From: Octopus vulgaris
Taxonomy: Eukaryota
Assembly: GCA_951406725.2 (NCBI GenBank)
Contig: OX597830.1
Span: 11,656,001 to 11,720,000, forward strand
Reading direction: 5' to 3'
Length of the DNA stretch: 64,000 nt
Shown here piece by piece: positions 35,219 to 48,134 of this stretch (position 1 is the first letter of the stretch; the number at the start of each line of letters is the position of its first letter). Under the pieces are notes generated by a model. It saw only the letters and a program-made list of their open reading frames with translations, had not been told where the DNA came from and searched no databases. The translations under genes were made by a program, and so were the position numbers.

Positions 35219-35410
35219 AGGGAGTGAGCTGGCAGAATCATCAGCATGCCAGACAAAATGCTTGGTGGCATTTCATCTGTTCTTACGTCTACCATGGTTG
35301 ACTTTGCCTTTCATCCTTACAAGGTTGATAAGTACCAGTTGATCACTGGGGTTGATGTAATTGACTTACTCCCTCGCTCAAACTTGCTGGTCTTGTGCCA
35401 AAATTTGAAG
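35219..35410 (+). mobile_element. SINE family B (older, alternative tail) between (ATT)n tracts
   Basis: Head and core recognisable; flanked by (ATT)n microsatellites. Confidence 0.75.
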
Positions 35411-35425
35411 CTATTATTATTATTA

Positions 35426-35473
<48 letters not shown>

Positions 35474-35789
35474 GCACAAATTAAAAAGCGATTCAAAGGC
35501 TGAGAATTTTGTATGTGGAATGAAACTTGAGTTACTTTGTAACTTTTGCCAATAAAAATAAAATATAATATATTCATGTATTGAGTTCTTTTTATCCTCC
35601 TTGTTCTACCAAACCTATGCATGTGTATGTACACACACATACACATATACATACACAAACTCATAGACATACACACATGCACACATACATGTGTTCACAC
35701 TTGGATGCATACATAAACTAAACAGTAGGATCTGAGTGAAATAGTGACTGATAGTCACCGTTTGAATATAAACATACAGTTCTTTGTTC

Positions 35790-36172
35790 TTTGTTTCAGT
35801 CATTTGACTGCGGCCATGCTGGAGCACCACCTTTAGTCGAGCAAATCAACCCCAGAATTTATTCTTTGTAAGCCTAGTATTTATTCTATTTTTTGCTGAA
35901 CCGCTAAGTTACGGGGACATAAACACACCAGCACCGGTTGTCAAGCGATGTTGGGGGTGGGGGACAAACACAGACATACAAACATATGCACACATATACA
36001 TATTCATATATACGACGGGCTTCTTTCAAGTTTCCATCTACCAAATCCACTCACAAGGCTTTGGTCGGCCTGAGGCTGTAGTAGAAGACACTCGCCCAAG
36101 GGGCCACGCAGTGGGACTGAACCCGGAACCACGTGGTTGGTAAGCAAGCTACTTACCACACAGCCACTCCTA
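35790..36172 (-). mobile_element. SINE family A
   Basis: Reverse-complement copy; a further partial copy lies at ~36325-36540. Confidence 0.88.
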
Positions 36173-36542
36173 CAGTGTGTTAAGTACAGTTTGAAAAATG
36201 ATTTATTTAGTCCTACCTTGAACTTTTTTTGATTTTTTTTTTGCACTTGGAAAAATATTAAGAATTTTTAAATTGATTCCACAGAGAGATCATTGGTCTC
36301 TGTTATTCTGGCTTCTTTTTTTTTTTACTTGTTCACTCGTTACACTGTGGCCATACTGGGGTACTGCCTTGATAAATTTTTAGTCGAATGAATTGACCCT
36401 GGTACTTTTCTTTTAAGTTTGGTATTTATCCGATTGGTCTCTTTGGCAGAATTACTAAGTTAAAAGGGGACATAAACGCACCAACACCAGTTGTGAAATG
36501 GCGACAAACACAGACACAAAGACACACAATTATATACATATA

Positions 36543-37012
36543 CAAGGGGTTACCCAAAAGTAACCGGAAATGTTCTTTGTGGAACTAGTCTGTTGTAGTT
36601 CAGGTTTCTGCCACTAGATACCACTTGATGCAAAGAGTGTTTCAGCAGTTTTTGAGACAAGATGATATGACCTCCCTCAAACCCAGTCATCAGTCCCATG
36701 GACTTTGTTATCTGGTCTGTCTTAGAGAGTAATGTTTCTGTTCACTCCTATTCAAATGTGTCAGATCTGAACAAAGCCCTTCTGTCTTCATGGGTCAAGT
36801 TGGACGAAGAGGTGCTACAGCACTCGTGCAACTCAGTGACCACTTGATTGCAGGCTATGATCAAGGTGAAAGGTAGTCATTTTGAAATGTAATTACTGCA
36901 ACTGATTGGCAATTTACATTCGAACGTGTGTGCCAAATTTCATTATCCTACCTTAAGTTTATTTTGAATAATTAAGAAATAACAATGGGTAAGTCTTTCT
37001 GGGACACCCTGT
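36543..37012 (+). mobile_element. Tc1/mariner-superfamily deletion derivative
   Basis: TA-flanked ends (ta-caagggg... / ...caccctg-ta); transposase C-terminus PMDFVIWSVLE...AMIKVKGSHFE*. Confidence 0.7.
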
Positions 37013-37616
37013 ATATATGACATTATAGCTACAATACAGAGACAGGCATTTTGCCTGAAGCAATGAAGCTAGTCTGCAGGATCAATGCTGACCTGGGGCT
37101 GAAACAACAAAATCCAATGCAGTTTTTGATTTGTTTTAGATCATAGAATAATGGTGAGCACACATTTTACTGTTGAAAAAAAATGGAAAAGCAGTTCCAA
37201 ATAAATTAAAGCAAATTGTGATAAAAGCCAGAAGTGATAACTGTGACATTCCATAATTTCATGTGAACAATGTATGAGGCTTGCCCTGTGGTTCCCAAAC
37301 TGTGCACTGCAAGATGTAAATTGGTGTGCCTTGAAAAAGTAAGATTATATTTCAAAATATGAATAATACAAACTGAAATTCTCTAGAAAGTTCATATATA
37401 AATGTTAAATTGGTAAAATACTAAATACTAAGTTATAGACTAAGAATGAGAGGTGGTTGTGTCATTCCATTCATTTAGGCTAATTATGGTATGACAGTGT
37501 TATTCAATTTTGAATCTGAAATTTCATAAGGATAAGAACTAAATTAGCATCAATCTATCCTTGAAATTGATATCTTATGGACATATTCTGTGCATGGCTC
37601 TCTCTCTCTCTCTCTC

Positions 37617-38030
37617 TTTTAGTCTTTTACTTGTTTCAGTCATTTGACTGCGGCCATGCTGGAGCACCGCCTTTAATCAAGCAACTTGACCCTGGGATTT
37701 ATTCTTTGTAAGCCCAGTACTTATTCTATCAGTCTCTTTTTGCCGAACCGCTAAGTGACGGGTACATAGACACACCAGCATCGGTTGTCAAGCAATGTTA
37801 GGGGGACAAACACAGACACACAAACATACACGCACACACATATATATACATATATACATATATACGATGGGCTTCTTTCAGTTTCCGTCTACCAAATCCA
37901 CTCACAAGGCTTTGGTCGGCCCGAGGCTATAGTAGAAGACACTTGCCCAAGGTGCCACGCAGTGGGACTGAACCCGGAACCATGTGGTTGGTAAGCAAGC
38001 TACTTACCACACAGCCACTCCTGTGCCTGT
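37617..38030 (-). mobile_element. SINE family A
   Basis: Full reverse copy inside the hAT 5' region. Confidence 0.9.
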
Positions 38031-38443
38031 TTCAGTTTATATCGGTCGTAGCCTCAGCAGTTTTCACTTCAATAATAAATATGAAAAAATAAGCTATTGT
38101 ACTAAAATATACGATGATGAACTAAATCTTTTAACATGTCCTCATGTATTCTGGCTGAATTTCAATGTTTTTCATTCATATAGTGGCAAGAATTTTCATC
38201 TCTTCAATTCATTTTGAAAGACTTCTCAAAAGAGTCTGATAATATGTGACACACTGCCACTTTTCACAGCTCACTGGTCACTTGTGTCAGGCTCAGTTTG
38301 ACTCTGTTAGTAATCTGTGCTCTTTGTGCGAGACAATTCATATTAACAGACCAAATTACCCATAAAATGGAAAAGTTTATTAAGCAGAAACATAACTATG
38401 ACCATTATGAATCTGAAAGTGAATGTTCATCAAAAGCAATTAA

Positions 38444-38663
38444 CCCTTTAGTGTTTAAACTGGCCATATCCGGTCAAAGTTTTCTACCTATTTTATGTTT
38501 AAACTGACCAGATCAGGGCTCTCACACCTAACCTACATAGACATTATAAAAATAAACAATCACGTCATTGAAACCTCAAAGCTATAAGATAATGCATGAT
38601 TAATTAAAAACAATTTGAGTAAAAAAGTATGACATTTAACAGAGTAATCTGAACACTAATTGG
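38444..38663. mobile_element. piggyBac-like MITE
   Basis: TTAA flanks; inverted orientation relative to 2511-2730. Confidence 0.8.
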
Positions 38664-39154
38664 TTAAGCATAGTGATGATAATGCGAAAGCTTGACCCAG
38701 TTGTAAATATTGGACTGGCAGCGAGGATCAACCTCTTCTGCTGTGTGTTGTTTGTGGTGAAAAGATGTCTAATGAAGGCATGTTGCCCAGCAAGTTGAAA
38801 AGACATTTTACAACTAAACACTCATATTTTCAATGTAAAGATCTGAATTATTTCCAAAGACTGCTAGAACATCAATCTAAACAAAGAAACTATTTTCAAA
38901 AAGGATGAATGCTTCTGAAAAAGCTCAAGTCACGTCTATTGAGACAACTGAAATGGTTGCACTACAAGTGAAATCACATACTTTAGCCGAGTCGATTATC
39001 TTACCCGCTGTAGAAAGATGGTTAAAATCATGTTAGGTGATGAAGCTGAGCAAGAAATAAGCAAGATTCTGCTCTCAAATAATATCGTCTATAGGAGAAT
39101 TATGGATTTATCTTGTGATATAGAAGAAAATGTGCAGAACATTGGAAATGTGCA

Positions 39155-39560
39155 GGCACAGGAATGGCTGTGTGGTAAGTAGCTTGTTTACCAACCACAT
39201 GGTTCTGGGTTCAGTCCCACTGTGTGGCACCTTGGGCAAGTGTCTTCTACTATAGCCTCGGGCCGACCAAAGCTTTGTGAGTGGATTTGGTAGACGGAAA
39301 CTGGAAGAAGCCCGTTGTATATATGTATATATATATGTATGTGTGTGTATGTTTGTGTGTCTGTGTTTGTCCCCCTAGCATTTCTTGACAACCGATGCTG
39401 GTGTGTTTATGTCCCCGTCACTTAGCGGTTCGGCAAAAGAGACCGATAGAATAAGTGCTGGGCTTACAAAGAATAAGTCCCGGGGTCGAGTTGCTTGATT
39501 AAAGGCGGTGCTCCAGCATGGCCACAGTCAAAATGACTGAAACAAGTAAAAAGAAAAACA
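39155..39560 (+). mobile_element. SINE family A
   Basis: Full copy inside the hAT transposase. Confidence 0.9.
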
Positions 39561-40446
39561 AAAAAGAAACAAACTTCAGAACTCATAATTTGCTCTAAAG
39601 GTTGACGAATCAACTGACTTTAGCAACAAAGCACAATTACTTACATTTACTTTCTTTATCGATGGTAACCAAATCATGAATCAGTTCTTTTGTTGCCAAG
39701 AAATGCCACTCACTACAAGAGGTTAAGATATTTTTGACATTTTATTTGCCTACCTTGAAAAATGGAATTTATTCTGGAATTCATGTGTTGGAGCATGTAC
39801 TGATGGGGCACCATCTATGGCAGGCACTATTCAAGGTTTTGTATCACTCGTACAACAGCAATATCCTAATGTACTCATTGTTTCCTACATAGTGAGGTAC
39901 TAGTTTCAAAAACAATAGCTAAAGCAAGTATTAAACGGTTAATTATATTAAAAGTAGGCTAATGAAATGTTTATTTGAACAAATTTGCGTTGATATGGAT
40001 TCCCAGCAAAAGCGCTTACTTTTACATATAAAAGTCAGATGGCTCTCAAAAGGTAAGGTGCTACATTGCATATGTGAACTCCAGAAGGAATTGCATGCAT
40101 TTTTTAAAGAAGAAAAACATGATTGCTTCTTGGAATATCTACATTATGAAATTTTGGTTTCCAAGCTGGAAATTTGAGAAGATCACTATAGTCTGGGCAG
40201 AGTGTTGTTGGTATGATGTGATCTGGGAACTTTAACTGTTCCATCATCAACACCATACTTCACACAGTAATAACATTGATACCTAATTCTTTCTCCACCA
40301 CCATCATCTTTTTGTTTTAGAATTTGTACAGTTTTTATCATAAGAAAAGAGAAAGTACATTTAATGTCAATCTGTGGGGTCCAGTAAGTGTTTTAAGGGT
40401 TTTGATAGTTTGATGGACGATTACATCTGTAGAGATTGACTTTAAT

Positions 40447-40680
40447 CTATTTCTTTACTATCCCACAATGGGCTAAACACAGAGAGGACAAACGAGGTCA
40501 GACAAAGGGATTAAGTTGATTACATCGATCCCAGTGCGTAACTGGTACTTAATTTATCGACCCTGAAAGGATGAAAGGCAAAGTCGACCTCGGCGGAATT
40601 TGAACTCAGAACGTAACGGCAGACGAAATATGGCTACGCATTTTGCCCGGCGTGCTAACGGTTCTGCCAGCTCGCCACCC
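40447..40680 (-). mobile_element. SINE family B monomer
   Basis: Reverse-complement full copy. Confidence 0.88.
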
Positions 40681-40920
40681 TTTTATTCAAAATGTTATCG
40701 ATAACACTCAACACATGTGCTTGCTTCATGTGAGGAAACAAACAGTGGAAACAGTGATGTGGTACAATGTATCGTTTTTCTTTCTTTTTTTATAGATGTT
40801 ATGGTTTAGTTAAAGGAAGATTTGGTGAATTTTTTTCAAATTTTCTTCAGACTATTTTTAAAAATTAGTTCTGATGATGCAAGATACATTCACTTTTTTC
40901 CTAGAAATTTATAATAAAAA

Positions 40921-41162
40921 ATAATAAATCTCTGAATGGTTTTCGATGGAAGGGTCCCAATGCAAATATTTATATCCTTTTTCCAGTGACTTTTCGTCAC
41001 TGATTTTGAAAAAGTGTAAACAAGCTATAATAAATCTCTGAACGAGGTATTGATAGTAACTGACGACAATGTGAGGTATATTTGCCATCTCAATATGGCT
41101 AACCACTAAGGGAGGGTGTTACTGTAGCTTGTAGCCCCAGGAGAACATCTTCTCCAGTTGGT
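40921..41162 (-). mobile_element. Partial copy of the 33.3-kb pLTR-like family
   Basis: Near-identical to 33584-33806. Confidence 0.8.
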
Positions 41163-41657
41163 TAAAGTTACAACTATTTAAAATTATGCAATTTTAGCCA
41201 GTTGACAGCCTGCATTGCCAGACATATTGGAAGCCATGACTGTTAGCTCCCTTGGGAATGGCACACACAAAACTATTATGTGGTCTTTCAACGTGCTAGA
41301 AAAAACAGCAAAATTGGATCTTATTAAATTTCTCCAAGATCCCATTCCTGTTCCAAAGGAGTTATGACAAACTTGAGTCTAGAGTGAAGAAAATAGAATT
41401 AATATTGTAGCCTGTTTCTGTAAGTGAATGTCGTACTTGTCTAATAATTTTAATTGAGTCGCTTATGTGAAGGAGTGTAGATGGAAAAGAAATAGAGAGA
41501 AGAGAAATGGAGTAAGTGGTTTATATACTGGAGTATACGGTGAGCTTTTTAAGTTGCAGATGGTTCATAGTAATCAGTCTAATTGTTGGCATAAAACTTG
41601 ACCTAATTTGATATGTGGATAGCATCTCTCCTCTATCAGTCCATCCAGCACTATATG

Positions 41658-41890
41658 TATTTCTTTACTACCCACAAGGGGCCAAACACAGAGGGGACAA
41701 ACAAGGACAGACAAACAGATTAAGTCGATTACATCGACCCCAGTGTGTAACTGGTACTTAATTTATCGACCCCGAAAAGATGAAAGGCAAAGTCGACCTC
41801 GGCGGAATTTGAACTCGGAACCTAACGGCAGATGAAATACGGCTACACATTTCGCCCGGCATGCTAACATTTCTGCCAGCTCGCCACCTT
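41658..41890 (-). mobile_element. SINE family B monomer with long TSD
   Basis: Flanked by agtccatccagcactatatg on both sides (41638-41657, 41892-41911). Confidence 0.9.
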
Positions 41891-42302
41891 TAGTCCATCC
41901 AGCACTATATGACTGACTGTCTGACTCTGTGCCTTCTTTGATGACCTTCTGTTTTCTCTTCTCCACATGCTCTCTATCTAACTTGTTGTTTGCTACCTTT
42001 TTATAAGCTGTTATTTGCTTAATCAGCACTTGACTGATTTCCAATCAACAATTTCGAATTCATTAGAATTTTTACCATCTTTCAGAGAATTTGATGTGCG
42101 ATTGTTTAGAGGTCAGTTGTTACTGGCATCATCATCACATCTACAGAATATTTTGATAAGATTCCACACTTTCCAAGCTATTTACAAAACTCTTCTAGCT
42201 GAATAAAAAAATTATTCTTATGGAACGTATGTAGCAAAACCTCGAATGTAAAGAAATAGCAATTTGTGTGCAGTAATTGTGAGTAAAAACTGCAAGATGC
42301 AT

Positions 42303-42702
42303 GAGTGGCTGTGTGGTAAGTAGCTTGCTTACCAACCACATGTGTTCCAGGTTCAGTCCCACTGCGTGGCATCTTGGGCAAGTGTCTTCTGCTATAGCCC
42401 CGGGCCGACCAATGCCTTGTGAGTGGATTTGGTAGACGGAAACTGAAAGAAGCCTGTCGTATATATGTATATATATATATATATGTGTGTGTGTTTTTGT
42501 GTGTCTGTCCCCCTAGCATTGCTTGACAACCGATGCTGGTGTGTTTATGTCCCCGTCACTTAACGGTTCGGCAAAAAGAGACCGATAGAATAAGTACTGG
42601 GCTTACAAAGAATAAGTCCCGGGGTCGATTTGCTCGACTAAAGGCGGTGCTCCAGCATGGCCGCAGTCAACTGACTGAAACAAGTAAAAGAGTAAAGAGA
42701 GA
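42303..42702 (+). mobile_element. SINE family A
   Basis: Full copy. Confidence 0.9.
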
Positions 42703-42849
42703 GTATGCTAGTGATTGTAGGAGGTTAAATTTGTGCTACAGTAAGTTAAATCATGACAAAAGATAACAGGATGAGGGGGGAGGAAATCAAATTGCTTTTT
42801 ATCCTGCTTAAAGTATGCTGGTGAGTGCATATGAAAAAGAGTATCTCTC

Positions 42850-43252
42850 TTTACTCTTACTCTTTTACTCTTTTACTTGTTTCAGTCATTTGACTGCGGC
42901 CATGCTGGAGCACCGCTTTTAGTCGAACAAATCGACTCCGAGGACTTATTCTTTGTAAGCCCAGTACTTATTCTATCGCTCTCTTTTGCCAAACCGCTAA
43001 GTTACGGGGATGTAAACACGCCAGCATCGGTTGTCAAGCAATGCTAGGGGGGACAAACACACACACACAAACATATACATACGTATATACGACGGGCTTC
43101 TTTCAGTTTCCGTCTACGAAATCCACTCACAAGGCTTTGATCGGCCCGGGGCTATAGTAGAAGACACTTGCCCAAGGTGCCACGCAGTGGGACTGAACCC
43201 AGAACCATGTGGTTGGTAAGCAAGCTACTTACCACACAGCCACTCCTGTGCC
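42850..43252 (-). mobile_element. SINE family A
   Basis: Full reverse copy. Confidence 0.9.
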
Positions 43253-44113
43253 TCTACAGATTTTCTTTAGAACTGAGCACCAGCAATTAATATGAAAAAG
43301 AGTGTATCAAGGAGTAGAGAGTGTGCATAAGCCTCCAGTGCATGTGTGTATGCATAGAATAAAAGAGACATTTTAGATCATCATCATCATCATCATGATC
43401 ATGATGATCATCATCATCATGTTCATCATCATCATAGTTTAATGTCCTCCTTCCATGCTGGTATTGGTTGGATGGTTTGGCAGGAGCTGGCAAGCCTGTG
43501 AACTGCATCAGATTCTGTAGTCTTGTTTTGGCTTGGTTTCTACAGCTGGTTAATTTTTAAATGGCACCAGCACCAGTGGGGTCACCGAGTAACTTGCAAG
43601 ATAAAGACTCCTCAACTAGGAGAGGAAGAGGTACAGAGAGGGAGGTGACTTTGTGTCAGTCGAGAGGTTAAAGTATATCATCATCATCATCATCATCATC
43701 ATCGTTTAACGTCCGCTTTCCATGCTAGCATGGGTTGGACGGTTCGACTGGGGTTTGGGAAGCCAGGAGGCTGCACCAGGCAGTCTGATCTGGCAGTGTT
43801 TCTACAGCTGGATGCCCTTCCTAATGCCAACCACTCCGTGAGTGTAGTGGGTGCTTTTTATGTGCCATTCGATCGGTTGGTACTTTTTACGTGCCACTGG
43901 CACAGAGGCCAGTCGGGGCGGCGCTGGCAACAGCCACGTTCGAATGGTTCTTTTACGTCCCAACAGGTCTTCGCAAGCAGAGTTTTGTGTCCCAAGAAGG
44001 AAAGGTATGTATAGAGGCCACGGGTTATAGTAGATAGAAATTGGTATCTTACTATAAAAGAGGTATTTCTCTACCCCAGTAGAATAAGAAAGAAGAGAAA
44101 GTTAGAAAGAAAG

Positions 44114-44115
<2 letters not shown>

Positions 44116-44178
<63 letters not shown>
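44116..44178. repeat. (CA)n microsatellite
   Basis: Pure AC run of ~60 bp. Confidence 0.95.
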
Positions 44179-44180
<2 letters not shown>

Positions 44181-44436
44181 CACGCAGATGAATAGATAGA
44201 AAGTGTTCTCTTACCTCACTCTTCCAGTTCTTCCATGCCTGTTTCTTCATTCGTATGGCACTGTCCAGAACACTGTTCCACCACCATGTCACCCTAAGTC
44301 TGGCTGGAACTTTGCACTTGCCACAAATTTGGTCTGTGGCTGCCCTTAGTAGGCTATTCTGAAAGAACTTCTACTTGTCAGGAATTTGTCAACAAAACCA
44401 GACTAGGATCATCTGTTGCTGTATTGAAGTGGGTTG

Positions 44437-44858
44437 GGATCTTTTCGGTTTGAATGGCAGTTTTTGCTAGCAGTGTCATATGTAATTGTCACCCATAATT
44501 ATGACCCTAGTATCGATCTATTGCATTTCTATTTCTTTTAGGGTTAGTGTTAGAGGTGAGGGAAGGGTATCTTTTTTTCCTTCAGAAATGTAAATAAACC
44601 CAATCTGTTTCTTAAACGAGGGACATATTCATACGGCACAGAATGTTTTTTTTTACCTCAATAGACGTCAGTGATTGGTTGAAATTGCAGAAATTGAAGA
44701 AAAAAACAACAACAAATATCTTACAAATTGTAGAATTTTCTCAATAAAGCCAAGAGAAAAAGATGTTTTATAAACACATTCTACCAGTATAGGAAGTTTA
44801 AAATTTTTTAGTTACCTAGAAATTATGTTAAAAACTGCCATTCAAACCGAAAAGATCT
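44437..44858. mobile_element. MITE family M1
   Basis: TSD gtgggttg. Confidence 0.9.
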
Positions 44859-45444
44859 GTGGGTTGTAAAGTGACAAAGTTTGAATTTGTGCCCTAAATA
44901 TTTGAATCTGCATGCTTTGCAGTGTCATTAGGGCTCTCAGGTTCACAACTTCCAAGCTATATGAAGTTGAAGTGAAAGGGTTTGCGGAAGATGCAATGGT
45001 TAAAAAAGTGGGTTACAACCTCTTACAATTCTATCTGCCACTTCAGCCACCTCATCAATAGATGAAGACTTCCTGGTGAATGTGGGAATAGCTTACACAG
45101 TGGAGGGACAACAGCTTCAGAAATGGTTGTTTCAAATATTTCTTCCTGAAGTGTGTTGTCTCCCAGGAGTTGTTTCATTCCTTGCAGGAGCCGTGATAAT
45201 TTTATTATCAATGAGGTCTTCTGCTAAAGGGGATTCAATGAAGTTGTTCCTATACACATGCACACTCACACATACATACATACATAGATGGGGAGACAGA
45301 TAGATAGAGATCTTTATATATTCATAAATGCACACAATGTAGATGTGAAGATACACATAATTGTATACGTGCATCAGAGATTGATGGGGTGGTTGTTAAC
45401 ATGATATTCACCTATGAAAACCCATGTATATGTACATGTATATT

Positions 45445-45853
45445 CTCTTTTATTCTCTTTTACTTGTTTCAGTCATTTGACTGCGGCCATGCTGGAGCAC
45501 CGCCTTTAGTCGAGCAAATTGACCCCATGACTTATTCTTTGTAAGCCTAGTACTTATTCTATCGGTCTCTTTTTTGCCGAACCGCTAAGTGACGAGGACG
45601 TAAACACATCAGCATCGGTTGTCAAGCAATGCTAGGGGGACAAACACAGACACACAAACACACACACACACATACATATATACATATATACGACAGGCTT
45701 CTTTCAGTTTCCGTCTACCAAATCCACTCACAAGGCATTGGTCGGCTCGAGGCTATAGCAGAAGACACTTTCCCAAGGTGCCACGCAGTGGGACTGAACC
45801 CGGAACCATGTGGTTGGTTAGCAAGCTACTTACCACACAGCCACTCCTGTGCC
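45445..45853 (-). mobile_element. SINE family A
   Basis: Full reverse copy. Confidence 0.9.
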
Positions 45854-45953
45854 TATGCACAAATAGTATCTGTTTTGAGTATGTGTGTGTGTGTGTACAC
45901 AAACTAGGAACTGAGTAATCAATATTGCTTTAGTGGATGAATAATTACTTTAA

Positions 45954-46165
45954 CCCTTTAGTGTTCAGATTACTCTGTTAAATGTCATACTTTTTCACTC
46001 AAATTGTTTTGAATTAATCATGCATTATCTTCTAGCTTTGAGGTTTCAATGATCTGATTGTTTATTCTTAGAATGTCAATGTAGGTTAGGTGTGAACTAT
46101 GGCTAGTTCAAATATAAAATATGTAGAATATTCGGGCCGGATGTGGCCAGTTTAAACACTAAGGG
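45954..46165. mobile_element. piggyBac-like MITE
   Basis: TTAA flanks; CCCTT(T)AG TIR; body like 2511-2730. Confidence 0.85.
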
Positions 46166-46860
46166 TTAAACAGCTGAATACCGTTTGTGCTGTAATGAAT
46201 TCATTTATTTCCCTTTAATTGTAAGATTACTCGTTACTTATTTCATTTAACTAATCATATTTGAACGAAATATGTCAGTGGCCACCTGATCTAAGAAGCT
46301 ACATATAAAGTTTCCCTTAATTCCATCTCGATACCAATACCATTATTGATACAATGCCACAGGCTTCATGTAAATAAAATTTACGTTTTTTTCAGTCATA
46401 CTTTGAATAACATTTAGCAGTTTAGCCATTTTTGTCAGTCAGAATGTAACTCATGACACAAAGACAGAAGGGTTTAAAGATCTGGTTATTTCCTTTGTGT
46501 TGTCTGCTTTCACCGATTGGTGACATTTTGACAAAAAATTTGAAGTATAAAATACTATGTAGTTTTCCAATTGTATATTAGTACACCACCTGAGAAATGT
46601 ACTGGACAACACACACACACGCACACACGTGCATTCACATGCATACATTATTGATGGCATGCCATATATGTACGATGAATATTACTTTGTTGCAAATAGA
46701 TTTTTAAGTAACCTTCTTTGTTGTGCCCTTATAATTCAGTCTCACATTGAGGCCTTCTTCCAGCTTGTGGCCTGCACTTTATATATTTGGTTAAAAGTAG
46801 AATAAAACTCGAGAAAGGTAAACTAGTCTTAATTTAGGTCACTTTATTCTTCGTGTTATC

Positions 46861-47043
46861 ATGGAAATGTTCCTCTGCCTGACCATTTGAATGCCAACCC
46901 CATGATACACAGACTGCTCAACAGTGGCTACACTGGCAGAAAATATTCCAAAACTTTGTTGCAATTCCACCAATTGAAGGAGAAGATATCAACTCACTGG
47001 ATTTCTTAATCAATTGTGTATCACCAAAAGTGTTTGAATATAT
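46861..47043 (+). mobile_element. Gypsy gag N-terminal remnant
   Basis: AQQWLHWQKIFQNF...LINCVSPKVFEYI resembles Gypsy gag starts. Confidence 0.5.
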
Positions 47044-47474
47044 TCTTTTCTACTCTAGGCACAAGTACTGAAATTTTGGGAGAGGGGGGCCAGTCGATTA
47101 GATTGACCCCAGTATGCAACTGGTACTTAATTTATCAACCTCAGTACACAACTGGTACTTAATTTATCGACCCCGAAAGGATGAAAGGCATAGTCAACCT
47201 TGGCGGAATTTGAACTCAGAACGTAAAGACAGAACATAAATACCTATTTCTTTACTACCCACAAGGAACTAAACACAGAGAGGATAAACAAGGACAGACA
47301 AACGGATTACGTCGATTACATCGACCCCAGTGCGGAACTGGTCTTTAATTTATCGACCCCGAAAAGATGAAAGACAAAGTCGACCTCAGCGAAATTTGAA
47401 CTCGGAACACAAAGACAGACGAAATACCACTAAGCATTTTGCCCAGCATGCTAACGTTTCTGCCAGCTTGCCAC
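47043..47474 (-). mobile_element. SINE family B tandem dimer
   Basis: Same architecture as 25340-25740. Confidence 0.85.
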
Positions 47475-47584
47475 AATTTAAGTGTTTGAATATACTACTG
47501 CTGTGTCTACATAAGATGCTGCTACAAATGTTTTGCAGGCTATATATGTCAAATGATGTCTATGCACAACGTGTTTTGACTACT

Positions 47585-48005
47585 ACTCTTTTTTACTCTT
47601 TTACTCTTTTACTTGTTTCAGCCATTTGACTGCGGCCATGCTGGAGCACCGCCTTTTAGTCAAGCAAATCGACCCCCAGGACTTATTCTTTGGAAGCCTA
47701 GTACTTATTCTATCGGTCTCTTTTGCCGAACCGCTAAGTTACGGGGATGTAAACACAACAGCATCGGTTGTCAAGCGACGTTGAAGGGACAAACACAGAC
47801 ACACACACACACACACACACATACACACCTATACACATACATATATACAACGGGCTTCTTTCAGTTTCCGTCTACCAAATCCACTCACAAGGCTTTGGTC
47901 AGCCCGAGGCTATAGTAGAAGACACTTGCCCAAGGTGCTGCGCAGTGGGACTGAACCCGGAACCATGTGGTTCGTAAGCAAGCTACTTACCACACAGCCA
48001 CTCCT
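47585..48005 (-). mobile_element. SINE family A
   Basis: Full reverse copy. Confidence 0.9.
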
Positions 48006-48134
48006 TTCTGCATTAAACAGGTTGCACCTGCTAGATTTGTTAGTTTTAATAACGGCACTCCAGTTTATGACCATCCTACAATCCTTTAGAACCTGTACAA
48101 ACTTGGCGAGTGATGCAACATTACGCGTGTTTCT

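Larger units (their letters stand above)
37286..40175 (+). mobile_element. Degenerate hAT (Buster/Charlie-type) transposon with nested SINEs and a MITE
   Basis: Left end c(t)gtggttcccaaac; CVVCGEKMSNEGMLPSKLKRHF (BED finger), VDESTD, CTDGAPSM, HCFLH, VRWLSKGKVL. Confidence 0.88.

Noticed and set aside
37286-40175. Domesticated ZBED5/SCAND3/FAM200-like gene
   Set aside because: Multiple stops, frameshifts and nested insertions, plus a transposon-type terminus.
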